From: Pedobacter sp.
Lineage (GTDB): Bacteria > Bacteroidota > Bacteroidia > Sphingobacteriales > Sphingobacteriaceae
DNA length: 46,946 nt
Direction of reading: 5' to 3'
Assembly (NCBI GenBank): GCA_043758305.1
Contig: JAYVNR010000098.1
Location: forward strand, 1-46,946
The position numbers and the translations under genes are program-made. Positions within the stretch are counted from its first letter, which is position 1. The number at the start of each line of letters is the position of its first letter. Below are positions 26,851 to 37,648 of the stretch, one piece after another. The notes under the pieces were generated by a model. It was not told where the DNA came from. It was given only the letters and a program-made list of their open reading frames with translations, and did no database searches.

Positions 26851-28236
26851 ATGGAAACACGCTACTCTTATATATTACGCTTTGCACTTGCCTGGAGCGA
26901 TATTGTTTTAGTAAACCTTTGCTTTTATTTAGGTTTTTATCTCACTAATAAATATGGGATTTTTGTAGATAAAGATATCTATAGAAACAACGTAATAATT
27001 TGTAACCTTATCTGGGTGGTATGCACAGGTATTTTTTCGTTATATGCAGAGCGCACCGTTCATAAATTGGAATACATTTATAAAGCTACAGGCCGGAGTA
27101 TTATGCTTCATTTTGTGCTTCTTATAGCATATCTGTTTTTTACTAACAAAACAGACTTTTCTAATGCATTTTTAATCTCCTTTTATTTGATTTTGATCTC
27201 CGGCTTCCTTCTTAGCCGATTTACAAGCACTGCGCTTCAAACCATGTTAAATAAAAATTATGATATACGCAAAGCAGTGGCTGTATTGGGCATGAATCAG
27301 GGAGGCTTAAAACTTGCCGCATATTTAGAGAAGGAAAGCAATCTAAATTTTGTAGGGTTTTTAGGCAATGAGCCTATGAGCATTAATAAGAAAGGCGAAC
27401 TTAGAATGCCTACTCCTGCCGAACAGCTTAAAAAAGCAGCAGAATCTGGCATAGAAGAGGTATTTGTTTCGGTTGATCCGGATAAAATGAATGATTTGAC
27501 TGATTTGATAAAAGAAGGCGAAAAACAATGTGTCCGTTTAAAGTTTGTTCCAGACTTAAGTGCTTTAGAAACTAACTTTCGGTTTGACAGGATGGGCAAT
27601 TTCACAGTAATGTGCGCTCGGAAAGAACCTCTTGAAAACATTCAAAATAGGTTTGTAAAACGCCTTTTTGATATTATTGTAAGCCTTGGAGTAATTGTAT
27701 TCATATTTAGCTGGCTATACCCAATCTTAGCTATCATTATCAAAATTCAAAGCCCGGGGCCGGTTCTTTTCAAACAGTTAAGGTCTGGCAGGGATAACAA
27801 GCCGTTTTGGTGCTACAAATTCAGGAGCATGAAAATGAATAAGGCTAGTGATCATCTTCAGGCAAGCCTTCATGATGATCGTATCACTTCTATTGGCCGC
27901 TTTATGCGCAAAACAAGCCTTGACGAATTTCCTCAGTTCTTTAATGTATTGCTTGGGTATATGAGCATCATCGGGCCAAGGCCACACATGCTAACCCATA
28001 CTGAAGAATACCGTAAAATAATAGATAAATATATGGTACGCCAATTCTTAAAGCCAGGCATCAGTGGATGGGCTCAGGTTAATGGCTTTAGGGGAGAAAC
28101 CAAAGAAACTGTGTTAATGGAAAAAAGAGTTGAACATGATATTTGGTACATGGAAAACTGGTCTGTAATGCTTGACATTAAAATCATCTTCTTTACGGTC
28201 ATAAATATTTTTAAAGGAGAAGAAAATGCTTACTAA
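26851..28236 (+). CDS. Exopolysaccharide polyprenyl-phosphate glycosylphosphotransferase (WbaP-type initiating enzyme)
   Basis: N-terminal TM block plus a C-terminal bacterial sugar-transferase domain (KRLFDI, GPVLFKQLRSG, F..YKFRSM, SLDEFPQFFNVLLGYMSIIGPRPH). Confidence 0.9.
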   Translation: METRYSYILRFALAWSDIVLVNLCFYLGFYLTNKYGIFVDKDIYRNNVIICNLIWVVCTGIFSLYAERTVHKLEYIYKATGRSIMLHFVLLIAYLFFTNKTDFSNAFLISFYLILISGFLLSRFTSTALQTMLNKNYDIRKAVAVLGMNQGGLKLAAYLEKESNLNFVGFLGNEPMSINKKGELRMPTPAEQLKKAAESGIEEVFVSVDPDKMNDLTDLIKEGEKQCVRLKFVPDLSALETNFRFDRMGNFTVMCARKEPLENIQNRFVKRLFDIIVSLGVIVFIFSWLYPILAIIIKIQSPGPVLFKQLRSGRDNKPFWCYKFRSMKMNKASDHLQASLHDDRITSIGRFMRKTSLDEFPQFFNVLLGYMSIIGPRPHMLTHTEEYRKIIDKYMVRQFLKPGISGWAQVNGFRGETKETVLMEKRVEHDIWYMENWSVMLDIKIIFFTVINIFKGEENAY

Positions 28237-28308
28237 GCAAAACAAAACTTTAAAATTTAATATTATGCATGTGAAAAACTTTAAAATTTAATTAATAATA
28301 ATAGTCCT

Positions 28309-29100
28309 ATGAACTTAAAATCAAACCCATCAATCTTTAACGCTACCAAATTAATAGCATTTGGAGCTTTAATCTCACTTCTATCTTCTTGTGCATCTTA
28401 TGACAAAATCCCCTATTTTCAGGATTTAAGCAAAACGCAAGTTACTACTACAGACCTCAACAATTATTCATCTCTTACCATCCAGCCTCATGATCAGCTT
28501 TCTATAACTGTAGGAAGCTTAAATGCCGAGGCTTCTGCCGTGTTTAACAATAATTTGGCTAGTTCTGGCTCCAATACAACCAATAACCCAACCTATGGCT
28601 ACTTAGTTGACGTAAATGGAGAAGTAACATTGCCCTATGTTGGAAAAATGAAGGTTAGCGGATTAACTACAGCCCAATTATCTGCACAGTTACAGCAACG
28701 TTTGCTTACCTATCTTAGAGAACCAAACGTTTCTGTAAGAGTAGTCAACTTTAAAGTAGCTGTTTTAGGCGATGTTATGCGCCCAAATATCTATAGCAGC
28801 GCAAGTGAAAGGCTAACTGTAACAGAGGCATTAAGCCTGGCAGGCGATTTAAATATCACTGCTCAAAGGCATGATTTATTGTTAGTTAGAGAACGTGATG
28901 GCAAAAGAGAATTTATCCCTTTAGACCTTACATCTAAAAAACTTTTTGAATCTCCATACTTTTATTTAAAAAATAATGACCTTCTGGTAGTTACACCAAG
29001 CAAGCTGAAATTAGCTACGGTTGATAATGGATATCAAAATGCAAGCATTATTATATCTGCACTTTCTTTAATAGCTATTACATACTCAATTCTGAAATAA
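28309..29100 (+). CDS. Polysaccharide export outer-membrane lipoprotein (Wza family)
   Basis: Lipobox LLSSC. Poly_export motif (LTIQPHDQLSITV), G.V.LPYVGK..V.GLT and an SLBB-like region. Confidence 0.85.
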   Translation: MNLKSNPSIFNATKLIAFGALISLLSSCASYDKIPYFQDLSKTQVTTTDLNNYSSLTIQPHDQLSITVGSLNAEASAVFNNNLASSGSNTTNNPTYGYLVDVNGEVTLPYVGKMKVSGLTTAQLSAQLQQRLLTYLREPNVSVRVVNFKVAVLGDVMRPNIYSSASERLTVTEALSLAGDLNITAQRHDLLLVRERDGKREFIPLDLTSKKLFESPYFYLKNNDLLVVTPSKLKLATVDNGYQNASIIISALSLIAITYSILK

Positions 29101-29104
29101 TAAA

Positions 29105-31459
29105 ATGAGCTCTAAACAGCCTACAAGCTTTAAGAACGAAAATCATTTTACAGACTTAGGCAGGATTTTAAAAAAGTATCTATTTCATTGGCCTCTTTTC
29201 TTGTTGTGTATTTTAATTGCACTTGCAGCAGCCTTCACTTACTTAAAAGTAGTGGAGCCTGCTTACGAGATTAATGCAACTATCTTAGTTAAAGACAATA
29301 AAAAGGCTTCAGGAGGAGATAAATCTGCTCTACAGGAACTTGATCAATCAAGTGCACCAAAAAGTGCTGAAACCGAAATCCAGATTTTAAGGTCGAAAAA
29401 GCTTCTTAATAAAGTAATCGGAGATTTGCAATTATGGGCAGGTTATGAAACTAAAGACGGTTTGTCGAAAATAGACTTGTATGAAACAAGCCCTTTTAAA
29501 TTTATTTCGGCAGACACTGGCCGTATTTTGAAAGAGGAATCTTTCGATGTTCACATCAAAAACCGAAACAGCTTTGAAATTGCTAATTTAACTGGAGTTG
29601 CAAAAAATCAGTCCTTTAATAAAATTATTAAAAATAAATTCGGCAGATGGATGCTTAAGCCAACCGAATTTCTTGACCAGTATATTGGCGCTACCATTAA
29701 AGTTACTCTTAACAGTCCTGAAAAAGTAAGCAATGAATATCTAAAGGAGCTTGACACGCACCTTCTAGACAAATCTGCTCCAACCATTGGCTTGTTTATT
29801 ACAGACAAGGTTCCACAAAGGGGTAAAGATTTTCTCAACTATTTGATAAAAACGTACAATGAAGCAAGTGTTGATGAAGAAAAGCGCACTACAAAAAGCA
29901 CAATTGAATTTATTGATACCAGATTAGCTTCCCTGACAGGAGAACTTAGCAGTGCTGAAAAACAAGTTGAAGGATATAGGAGCAGCCAGGGACTTACGGA
30001 TATCAATTCACAATCTAAAGTATATTTAGAAAATGTTCAAACCAATGATAACAAGCTAAATGAAGTTGATGTTCAATTAAATATTATTGATGGTATAGAG
30101 CAATATGTAAATTCTTCTTCCGATGGGCAAAATGCGCCTGCAACAATTGGGATAACAGATCCTGCACTAAACAGTCAAATCCAAAAACTCTCTGATCTAC
30201 AGCTTCAAAGAACGGGTTTATTAGCTACAACGCCGGAAACAAACCCGGCCTTCCAGCCTTTAAATGATCAAATTTCGAGCACTAAATCATCAATAAAACA
30301 AACCATTAAAGGCATTAAATCGTCGCTGCTTAATTCTAAGAGGCAGTTAATGTCTTTTAATAATAAATTTGAATCATCTATTAAAGACATACCGGTCCAG
30401 GAACGCCAATATGTAGGCATGAAAAGGCAGGAATCTATTAAAGAAAATCTGTATGTGTATTTACTGCAAAAGCGTGAAGAGCTTGCCCTTAGCTATGCCT
30501 CTACATTTGTTGATGCCCGCATTGTAGATAAAGCCAATGTTGGCGATATTAAATGGCCCCGGCCGATGCTTGTTTTAGCAATAGCGCTTATATGCGGCTT
30601 TGGCCTCCCTTTCCTGATAGTATTTTTCAGGCAATCTTTCAACAATAAAATAACAGAAAAAAGGGATATTGAAACTAGCGTTGAGGTACCAATACTTGGA
30701 GAATTATCCTATGAAGATTTAGGGAAAGATATAATTGTACTTGATAATTCGCGGCATATTATCAGCGAACAATTTAGATCATTGCGCACCAACCTGCATT
30801 ATTTGCATGAAAATAAAACCGGTATCGGCAGAGTTACCCTGTTCACTTCAAGCACTGCCAGCGAAGGCAAGAGCTTTGTAAGCTCTAACCTGGCAGCCTC
30901 CCTTGCGGCAACCGGAAGGAAAACTGTAATACTTGAGATGGACTTGCGCAGGCCACGGGTCTTAAGCATTTTTAGCCTGTCTGCAGAGCATGCTGGAATT
31001 AGCGATTTCCTATCTTCTGACATTCCTTTAGACAACATCATTCAACCATCTGGAGTTACGCCAGCATTGGATGTTATTGGCAGTGGTTATATTCCGCCTA
31101 ATCCTTCAGAATTGTTAGAAAGAGAAAAATTGACCGAATTGATATCGGGTTTAAAGGAGCGCTATGATGATGTTATTATTGACAGCCCACCTCTGCACCT
31201 GGTTACTGATGCTATGATCATAGCACGCTTAGCGAACGTTTCTTTATACATAATCCGTCAGGGGCATACACTAAAAGATGAATTAGATTTTATAGATGAA
31301 GTGTATCACAGCGAGAAGCTTCCTAAAATGAACATTATCTTTAACGGAATAAAAAAAGGCAAATATGGTTATGGCTATGCATATGACAATAGCTATTATA
31401 CTGCCTCTCCTAAACAAACTTTCAATACATCTTTAAAATTATTTTTAAGCAGGTTTTAA
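29105..31459 (+). CDS. Polysaccharide co-polymerase / tyrosine autokinase (Wzc/GumC type)
   Basis: Wzz-like N-terminus with 2 TM segments and a coiled-coil periplasmic region. C-terminal P-loop kinase (TSSTASEGKSFVSSNLA, VIIDSPP) with the Tyr-rich tail GKYGYGYAYDNSYYT. Confidence 0.9.
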   Translation: MSSKQPTSFKNENHFTDLGRILKKYLFHWPLFLLCILIALAAAFTYLKVVEPAYEINATILVKDNKKASGGDKSALQELDQSSAPKSAETEIQILRSKKLLNKVIGDLQLWAGYETKDGLSKIDLYETSPFKFISADTGRILKEESFDVHIKNRNSFEIANLTGVAKNQSFNKIIKNKFGRWMLKPTEFLDQYIGATIKVTLNSPEKVSNEYLKELDTHLLDKSAPTIGLFITDKVPQRGKDFLNYLIKTYNEASVDEEKRTTKSTIEFIDTRLASLTGELSSAEKQVEGYRSSQGLTDINSQSKVYLENVQTNDNKLNEVDVQLNIIDGIEQYVNSSSDGQNAPATIGITDPALNSQIQKLSDLQLQRTGLLATTPETNPAFQPLNDQISSTKSSIKQTIKGIKSSLLNSKRQLMSFNNKFESSIKDIPVQERQYVGMKRQESIKENLYVYLLQKREELALSYASTFVDARIVDKANVGDIKWPRPMLVLAIALICGFGLPFLIVFFRQSFNNKITEKRDIETSVEVPILGELSYEDLGKDIIVLDNSRHIISEQFRSLRTNLHYLHENKTGIGRVTLFTSSTASEGKSFVSSNLAASLAATGRKTVILEMDLRRPRVLSIFSLSAEHAGISDFLSSDIPLDNIIQPSGVTPALDVIGSGYIPPNPSELLEREKLTELISGLKERYDDVIIDSPPLHLVTDAMIIARLANVSLYIIRQGHTLKDELDFIDEVYHSEKLPKMNIIFNGIKKGKYGYGYAYDNSYYTASPKQTFNTSLKLFLSRF

Positions 31460-31514
31460 CTATCAGTTAAGCTTTCATGCCTTTATTTTTGAATTAACTC
31501 AAACATGGTATTAA

Positions 31515-32840
31515 ATGTCTGATAAACTGATTTTTATACTACCGGGCATAGTGTTGCTTGCCTTTTTTTTAAACTTGGTTTATAAAGGGAACAACGTTCA
31601 ATCTTGTCTCACTTTTATTCTTGTCCTTCTACCTTTTATGGATTTGAAAATAACTAAAGAAGAATGGGGAGGATTTAAAATATTTGATTTCATAAGTTTT
31701 TTCTGTTTTATATTCCTTTTTAAAGAGTTTATAACTGTAAGCCTAAAAGGAAGAAATATATTCTACTTTTTTCTTTTCCTGTTTTTCTGTATCATAATTT
31801 TAATTGGTGGTTTAGCTTCAGAATTTCCTCAGAAGTCGTTTTTAGCTTTAATAAAAACCCTGCCCATATTTATAATTGCCAGATTTTTTATAACGGAGTG
31901 CCAAAAAGACCCATCCTTTCATATAAAAGCAATTAAGGCGCTGAGGATAGCATATTTAATAGATTTAGGTTTTCTTGTAGCCCAAATGATTGTTGGACTT
32001 AGGTTTACTTTTTATCCGGGATTGGCAACTAATACAATAGATCCCGTTTTTCATATTGTTAGATACCCTGGAGTTTTTTATGATTCTCAGGCTCATGGGC
32101 AATTCCTGGCTTTAGGAAGCTTCCTCTTCCTTTTTACTGAGAAAAATGCACCCATAAAAAAAACGATATTCAACTATAGCATATTCGCCCTGTCCATCGC
32201 GGGCATTGCCCTCGCCGGAAGCAGAGCTGCGTTTGGCGGGTTTGCAATTGGATTATTTATTGTGCTTTTAATGGCAGGCAATAAATACCGAATATATGGA
32301 AGCATAGTGATTGTAATAGGTTTGGCAGCTTATATCGTAATCTCGCCAGAAACGGGTGTTTTTAGCCGTACAAAAGCTCTTTCTGAGGATTATTTATACC
32401 GTCAAAGTATTTGGAATGAAGCTTTAGACATATCTAAAAAACATGCCTACTTAGGGATTGGCTCGGGCAACTATCAAAAATATATAATGAGGCATGTGCA
32501 AGACCAATACATAGAAATTCAAGATGGGCAGTTAGTATATTTTGACCAACCCGAAAACGGTTATTTAAAAATTTTAGTTGAGCTTGGCTATCTGGGCTTT
32601 GCTATTTTTATTCTGTTTTTACTTTTGCCATTGTTTACCGGTATTATATTGTATTTTAAAAATATTAACTATAAACAGGTTGTATTTTTTATGGCCTCAT
32701 TGCTTAGCTGGATTGTAGCTTTTAATACAGTTTATTCCATCTATGATTACAGGCTCTTGCTAATGGTAGTAAGTATGATTACGTTGATCATAACTTATCC
32801 TTCGCCTAGATTTTATGAGCATGAACTGGTTGAAGAATAA
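31515..32840 (+). CDS. O-antigen ligase/polymerase family membrane protein (Wzy-like)
   Basis: 441 aa with about 11 TM segments and a large loop. AGSRAAFGGF motif of Wzy_C. Confidence 0.75.
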   Translation: MSDKLIFILPGIVLLAFFLNLVYKGNNVQSCLTFILVLLPFMDLKITKEEWGGFKIFDFISFFCFIFLFKEFITVSLKGRNIFYFFLFLFFCIIILIGGLASEFPQKSFLALIKTLPIFIIARFFITECQKDPSFHIKAIKALRIAYLIDLGFLVAQMIVGLRFTFYPGLATNTIDPVFHIVRYPGVFYDSQAHGQFLALGSFLFLFTEKNAPIKKTIFNYSIFALSIAGIALAGSRAAFGGFAIGLFIVLLMAGNKYRIYGSIVIVIGLAAYIVISPETGVFSRTKALSEDYLYRQSIWNEALDISKKHAYLGIGSGNYQKYIMRHVQDQYIEIQDGQLVYFDQPENGYLKILVELGYLGFAIFILFLLLPLFTGIILYFKNINYKQVVFFMASLLSWIVAFNTVYSIYDYRLLLMVVSMITLIITYPSPRFYEHELVEE

Positions 32841-34293
32841 AAAAACCTCCATACTTCAATCGGCATTAGTAAAAAACAGTGCCTGGGGCATAGCATCAAA
32901 TATTCTTCAAACTATATTTGTTAGCTTATTTTTTGTTATAGTAGCCCGGGAATACACGCCAACCGCTTTCGCCCAATTTCTAATATCTAATACGGTTTAT
33001 CAAATAATAGTAGCCTTTTCCTCAATGGGGCTGGGACAATGGTTTATTCGCCAATATGACCAAGAGCCCGATAAAGTAGGGTTTACCAGTAAGTTTTTAA
33101 AAACACAGATTGGCTTAGGGATCTTATTTTACCTGATCAATATCTTAATAGCATATATACTTTATCCTGAAGGGCAAATTAGATTATTATGCATTATTCT
33201 GGGCACCAATATCATTTTCGATAATTTTATAAATGCCATTAAAAGCCTCAACATAGCTGAAGAGAGGCAAAAGAAAACTGCCTCAATTTTAATAATTGAT
33301 GGCTTTTTAAAGTTTTTAGTAGGATGTCTGTTGTTTATCATTCCTTTCTCGCCTGTTGTGCTATCAATGTTAATGATAGTTGTGCGCCTTTTTACGTCAA
33401 GCATTTTTATAAACCTGGGTACAGCAAATAGCATTAGCCTGAAATTGCTATGGAAAGCTAAAATATCTTATACAGACCTAAAGGAGCTAATTTTAAAAAA
33501 TTGGCAGTTTATTGTAATCGGGAGCATTTCAATAATTTATTGGAAAGTTGCCAATATTATAATTTCTAAGTTTTTAACCCTTACCGATGTAGCTAACTAT
33601 GAAATCGCTAACCGCATATTCACAATTTTAGGAATTCTGCCCGTAATAGCATCTGCAACTATATATCCCAAATTCATAAAACACTTTAACAGCAGTGATT
33701 TTGAAGGATTAAAGTCGTTCTATAAAAACCTCTATCTTATTTATACTTTATTTGCTCTGGTTTCGTATGCTTTTATTATTTCATTTTCCACCCAAGCCCT
33801 GCCTATAGCTTTTGGCAATGGCTATCCTGGTGCAGATATTTGTTTAAAGCAAATGTTCCTTACCTTTTTGCTTTTGCCAACCGTTTTATTACAAGCCAAT
33901 TTAATTGTAGCTATTGGGCTGGAACGAAAAGATATGTGGTTCAATATTTTAAGTTTTATAATTAATGTAGCCGGGTGCTTTATTGGACTTTATTTTTACA
34001 AAACCCTTGCAGTAATTAACTATTCCATCTTCCTCTCCTTTATTTTCTTTCATATTGCCCAGGATGTTCTATTGATTTCGAAAAAATTAACATCCATCAA
34101 AAGCTGCATTATATATTATTCTGGCTTATTTGTTTTTCTGGCTTATTGCCACTACTTTTCCAATTGGTTAAATCAGTATATATTTTTTATTGTTACATCT
34201 TTTGGAGCAATCACTGCTGCCTTGCTTATTAAATTTTTACAAGGTGGAAAACATATAGGCATGAATCAATTTAGTTCTGTAACTGGAAAATAA
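32815..34293 (+). CDS. Oligosaccharide flippase (Wzx, MOP superfamily)
   Basis: 492 aa with about 12-14 TM segments; overlaps the wzy 3' end. The start may be the internal MNWL (32821). Confidence 0.8.
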   Translation: MSMNWLKNKKTSILQSALVKNSAWGIASNILQTIFVSLFFVIVAREYTPTAFAQFLISNTVYQIIVAFSSMGLGQWFIRQYDQEPDKVGFTSKFLKTQIGLGILFYLINILIAYILYPEGQIRLLCIILGTNIIFDNFINAIKSLNIAEERQKKTASILIIDGFLKFLVGCLLFIIPFSPVVLSMLMIVVRLFTSSIFINLGTANSISLKLLWKAKISYTDLKELILKNWQFIVIGSISIIYWKVANIIISKFLTLTDVANYEIANRIFTILGILPVIASATIYPKFIKHFNSSDFEGLKSFYKNLYLIYTLFALVSYAFIISFSTQALPIAFGNGYPGADICLKQMFLTFLLLPTVLLQANLIVAIGLERKDMWFNILSFIINVAGCFIGLYFYKTLAVINYSIFLSFIFFHIAQDVLLISKKLTSIKSCIIYYSGLFVFLAYCHYFSNWLNQYIFFIVTSFGAITAALLIKFLQGGKHIGMNQFSSVTGK

Positions 34294-34294
34294 T

Positions 34295-36358
34295 ATGCCT
34301 GCCCTATCTATCATTGTTCCGGTTTATAACAAAGAACAGTATTTAAACGAATCTATTAAATCTATACTAAATCAAACTTTTACAGATTTTGAGCTGATAT
34401 TGGTTAATGATGGTTCTACCGATAGCAGCCTTGCTATATGCAGAAATTACCAGGAACTTGATAACAGGGTACATGTTATTGATCAGCCTAATGCGGGAGT
34501 ATCAGCGGCAAGGAATACAGGGATTGCCTTTTCTACAGGGACTTTTATTGGCTTTATCGATAGCGATGACACTATTGAGGCAGACATGTACCAATTGCTG
34601 CTTAGCAACGCTCTGGCACATAACGCTGATATATCGGCTTGCCTGATGCAGGTAGTTTATCCTAAAAAAACTATAAAGCCAGCCGAGGATCTAAGCACCA
34701 TAATCATTGATCACGATGATGCGCTATGCTCATTTTTTAAAGGCGATTTGGAAGAAAGCGCAAACAACAAGATTTATAAATCTGAAAAAGTAAAGCATAT
34801 TAAATTTGAAGGTTCTATAAATGAGGATATACTTTATAACTGCAAAGCTTTTCTTGTATCAGATACAACTGTATTGAGCAACACCATAAAATATAATTAT
34901 TTAATACGAGACAACTCTACGAGCATGAGCGGTTTTAATTTAAAATATTTTGAAACCACAGATGTTTCTGCCAAAATGCTCAACCTTGTTTCCGAAAAAA
35001 GCCATACCTGTGTTTCGCAAGCTAAAACCTTCGATGTTGTAACCAATATTTCTGTTTTAAACTTGATATTGCTTGCCGGAAAAAAACATTATCTCACTTA
35101 TTACCACCAAACTGTTAACAGGCTAAAAAGCTATTCTTCCTTTATAAAAAACTCTCCTACAGTTAAAAGAAAACATAAATACGCTTATCTGCTGTTTTCA
35201 CTTTCATCATGGTTATATACATGGGTAATGTATGTAGTATGTGTAATCACACAGGCCGATGTAATAAAAAGGACTGCCCAAGTTGCCGTTGCGCCTAATA
35301 TTAATGATCCTAAATCAAAAGCATCCTGGATTGACAATGTTAAAGTTATTGCTATTTCTGCTATAATTACGCTCCATGCCTCTGCAGCAGGTGTTATAGA
35401 TTTTCCTAAACCTGCTTCAAATAACACCTGGTGGATTGCTAATTTTTATGATTCATTTTGCCGATTTGGCACACCGGCTTTCCTTATGGTTACCGGAGCT
35501 TTATTATTACGGCAGAACATCGGGCTTAAAGAGTTTTTAAAACGCCGACTAAACCGGATACTGGTGCCATTTGCATTTTGGTGGTCTATTTATCTGGCAT
35601 TTGGTTTAGCATTAAATATCAGGAATATCGGTTATGAAGCCACAATCCATAATTTTTTGCCTTGGGCAAAAGAACAGATTCTTCAAGGCCCGGCAGTTCA
35701 CTTATGGTATGTTTATATGATCATTAGCCTCTATCTATTTATACCAATCATAAAGCCATGGGTCCAAACTGCCAGCAACAAAGCTATAATGTACTTTTTA
35801 AGCCTTTGGCTTATAACCTTAGCAGTAAATCAGCAACAATTTTTTCTTTTGTCCACACCGTTCGACCTTAAATATTTTAGCGGATATATCGGGTATCTGG
35901 TACTCGGCTACTTCATTTCAGAGCGGCTAATTATATCGCTAACAATGCGCAAAATGGCCATCTTGTTATTCTTCACAGGTTTCATAATCACATTAGTGGG
36001 GACTTATTTGCTAAGCAGCGCAAGAGGCACTTTTGCCAATGATTTTTATAATAGATTAACTGTTAACGTCTTAATGTCGGCAAGCGGTGCTTTTATCATC
36101 ATGAGGAGCTTAAAATCTAATCTGGAGAACCTGGCATTGATAAGGATAAGGAATATAATAAGCCGCTATGGCTTCGGTATTTATTTAAACCATATTCTCA
36201 TTTTAGACATTTTATCATTCTTTAAGATAAACTATAAATTTATAAACCCTGTAATTGGCATACCTCTTAGCAGTATTTTGTGCCTGATAATTAGTTGTTT
36301 AGTGATTTATATTTTAAATAAACTCCCTTACGGGAAATCTGTTTCTGGTTCTATATAA
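34295..36358 (+). CDS. Fusion protein: family-2 glycosyltransferase (N-terminal about 300 aa) plus acyltransferase-3 membrane O-acyltransferase (C-terminal about 350 aa)
   Basis: N-terminus: LSIIVPVYNKEQYL..SI.S.LNQTF.DFELILVNDGSTD and FIDSDD. C-terminus: W.DN.KVIAI..II..H and F.RFGTPAFLMVTGALL with about 10 TM segments. Confidence 0.85.
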   Translation: MPALSIIVPVYNKEQYLNESIKSILNQTFTDFELILVNDGSTDSSLAICRNYQELDNRVHVIDQPNAGVSAARNTGIAFSTGTFIGFIDSDDTIEADMYQLLLSNALAHNADISACLMQVVYPKKTIKPAEDLSTIIIDHDDALCSFFKGDLEESANNKIYKSEKVKHIKFEGSINEDILYNCKAFLVSDTTVLSNTIKYNYLIRDNSTSMSGFNLKYFETTDVSAKMLNLVSEKSHTCVSQAKTFDVVTNISVLNLILLAGKKHYLTYYHQTVNRLKSYSSFIKNSPTVKRKHKYAYLLFSLSSWLYTWVMYVVCVITQADVIKRTAQVAVAPNINDPKSKASWIDNVKVIAISAIITLHASAAGVIDFPKPASNNTWWIANFYDSFCRFGTPAFLMVTGALLLRQNIGLKEFLKRRLNRILVPFAFWWSIYLAFGLALNIRNIGYEATIHNFLPWAKEQILQGPAVHLWYVYMIISLYLFIPIIKPWVQTASNKAIMYFLSLWLITLAVNQQQFFLLSTPFDLKYFSGYIGYLVLGYFISERLIISLTMRKMAILLFFTGFIITLVGTYLLSSARGTFANDFYNRLTVNVLMSASGAFIIMRSLKSNLENLALIRIRNIISRYGFGIYLNHILILDILSFFKINYKFINPVIGIPLSSILCLIISCLVIYILNKLPYGKSVSGSI

Positions 36359-36365
36359 TATCGAA

Positions 36366-37475
36366 ATGAATAAACCTAGAATCTTGTATAGTGTGCCTTC
36401 TCAAACACATATCGCTTTATGCCTGGATGAAGTTGAAGGCCTGGAAGAGCTGGGATATCCATGCGCAAAATTCTCCTATCATGCAAAAGATGGATTTGAA
36501 TCCAAGGTTGCACGTTTGTATATAATAATCAAAAATGCCCTTAATTTGGTTCGTATAGCTCATCATTTCAAACCAGACATAATTTATTTTAATTCCCGCC
36601 TTGAACCTACTGCCAGCACCAGAGATTTTATTACGCTTACTATTTTCAAATCTTTATATCGCAAAAAGGTTCTCATCATGTTAAAATCTCATGGTTCTGA
36701 GATTGGAACCCTTAGCAGCACAAACGCTTTATTGAAAAATCAGGTAATGCCTTATTTGAAAAAGAACATTGGCGCCTGGCTGTTTTTATCTACTGAAGAA
36801 AAAAGCAAAATAGACAAGAACGGATACCTAGTTCCAGAGAAAGTTTTTGTAACAAAAAACATTGTCCGAGCCTGGCAATTTCATCGCGATCAATCATTTA
36901 AACAACGAAACAATATACCTATAGATTGTAAAATATTGCTTTTTGTGGGCAGGATTATCAAAGAAAAAGGGATTTATAATGTAATTGAAGCATTCGCAAA
37001 AATTCAGGAAACTTATAAAACGTTTTTAATAATTGTTGGCAATGGTAGTGCCCTGAATGATGTAAAACAGACCATTCATAAACTTGGGCTGCAAGAAAAA
37101 GTTATCCTGACCGATCGTATCCCGGAAGAAGATGTAGTGGAATATTACGCAAACAGCGATATTTTAGTGTTCCCGACATTTGATCAGGAAGGCTTTCCAA
37201 TGGCTTTATTCAATTCTGTTGCTGCGGGCTTATCTATTGTTACAACTCCAATACGTGCTGCGACCGATTATCTATCAGAACCCGAAAATTGCCTTTGGGC
37301 AGAACCTCAAAATAGCGAAAGCGTTTTTACAGCACTCGAAACATTGTTAAAATCTGAGCCACTAAGCGCAAACATGAAAATCAATAATATTGAGAAAGGC
37401 CAATTCTTTGGCAAAGAAAGGGTCTGTGAAGAATTGGATAAAATTATTGAAACAGTTCTTAAACAAAAGAATTAA
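36366..37475 (+). CDS. Family-4 glycosyltransferase (GT-B, Glycos_transf_1)
   Basis: LLFVGRIIKEKG and FPTFDQEGFPMALFNSVAAGLSIVTT (E-x7-E region). Confidence 0.85.
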   Translation: MNKPRILYSVPSQTHIALCLDEVEGLEELGYPCAKFSYHAKDGFESKVARLYIIIKNALNLVRIAHHFKPDIIYFNSRLEPTASTRDFITLTIFKSLYRKKVLIMLKSHGSEIGTLSSTNALLKNQVMPYLKKNIGAWLFLSTEEKSKIDKNGYLVPEKVFVTKNIVRAWQFHRDQSFKQRNNIPIDCKILLFVGRIIKEKGIYNVIEAFAKIQETYKTFLIIVGNGSALNDVKQTIHKLGLQEKVILTDRIPEEDVVEYYANSDILVFPTFDQEGFPMALFNSVAAGLSIVTTPIRAATDYLSEPENCLWAEPQNSESVFTALETLLKSEPLSANMKINNIEKGQFFGKERVCEELDKIIETVLKQKN

Positions 37476-37648
37476 AATGGATTTGGGTTAAATGAAAAAA
37501 CAAATTGATGCCTATAATATTATTTTTAGAGCATATAAGATGTCCTCCTCATCTCATGTTGTTTTTTTGGTCTCACCTAAGCCGGGAATAGTGAAAGCCG
37601 GGGAATTTCACATAAAACAAAAATGCTTTTTGATCTATTAATTCAATT

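Noticed and set aside
37492-37641. 49-codon ORF in the GT4-GT26 spacer
   Set aside because: It is short with no recognisable motif or signal sequence, and could be a remnant or chance ORF. The evidence is insufficient to call it.
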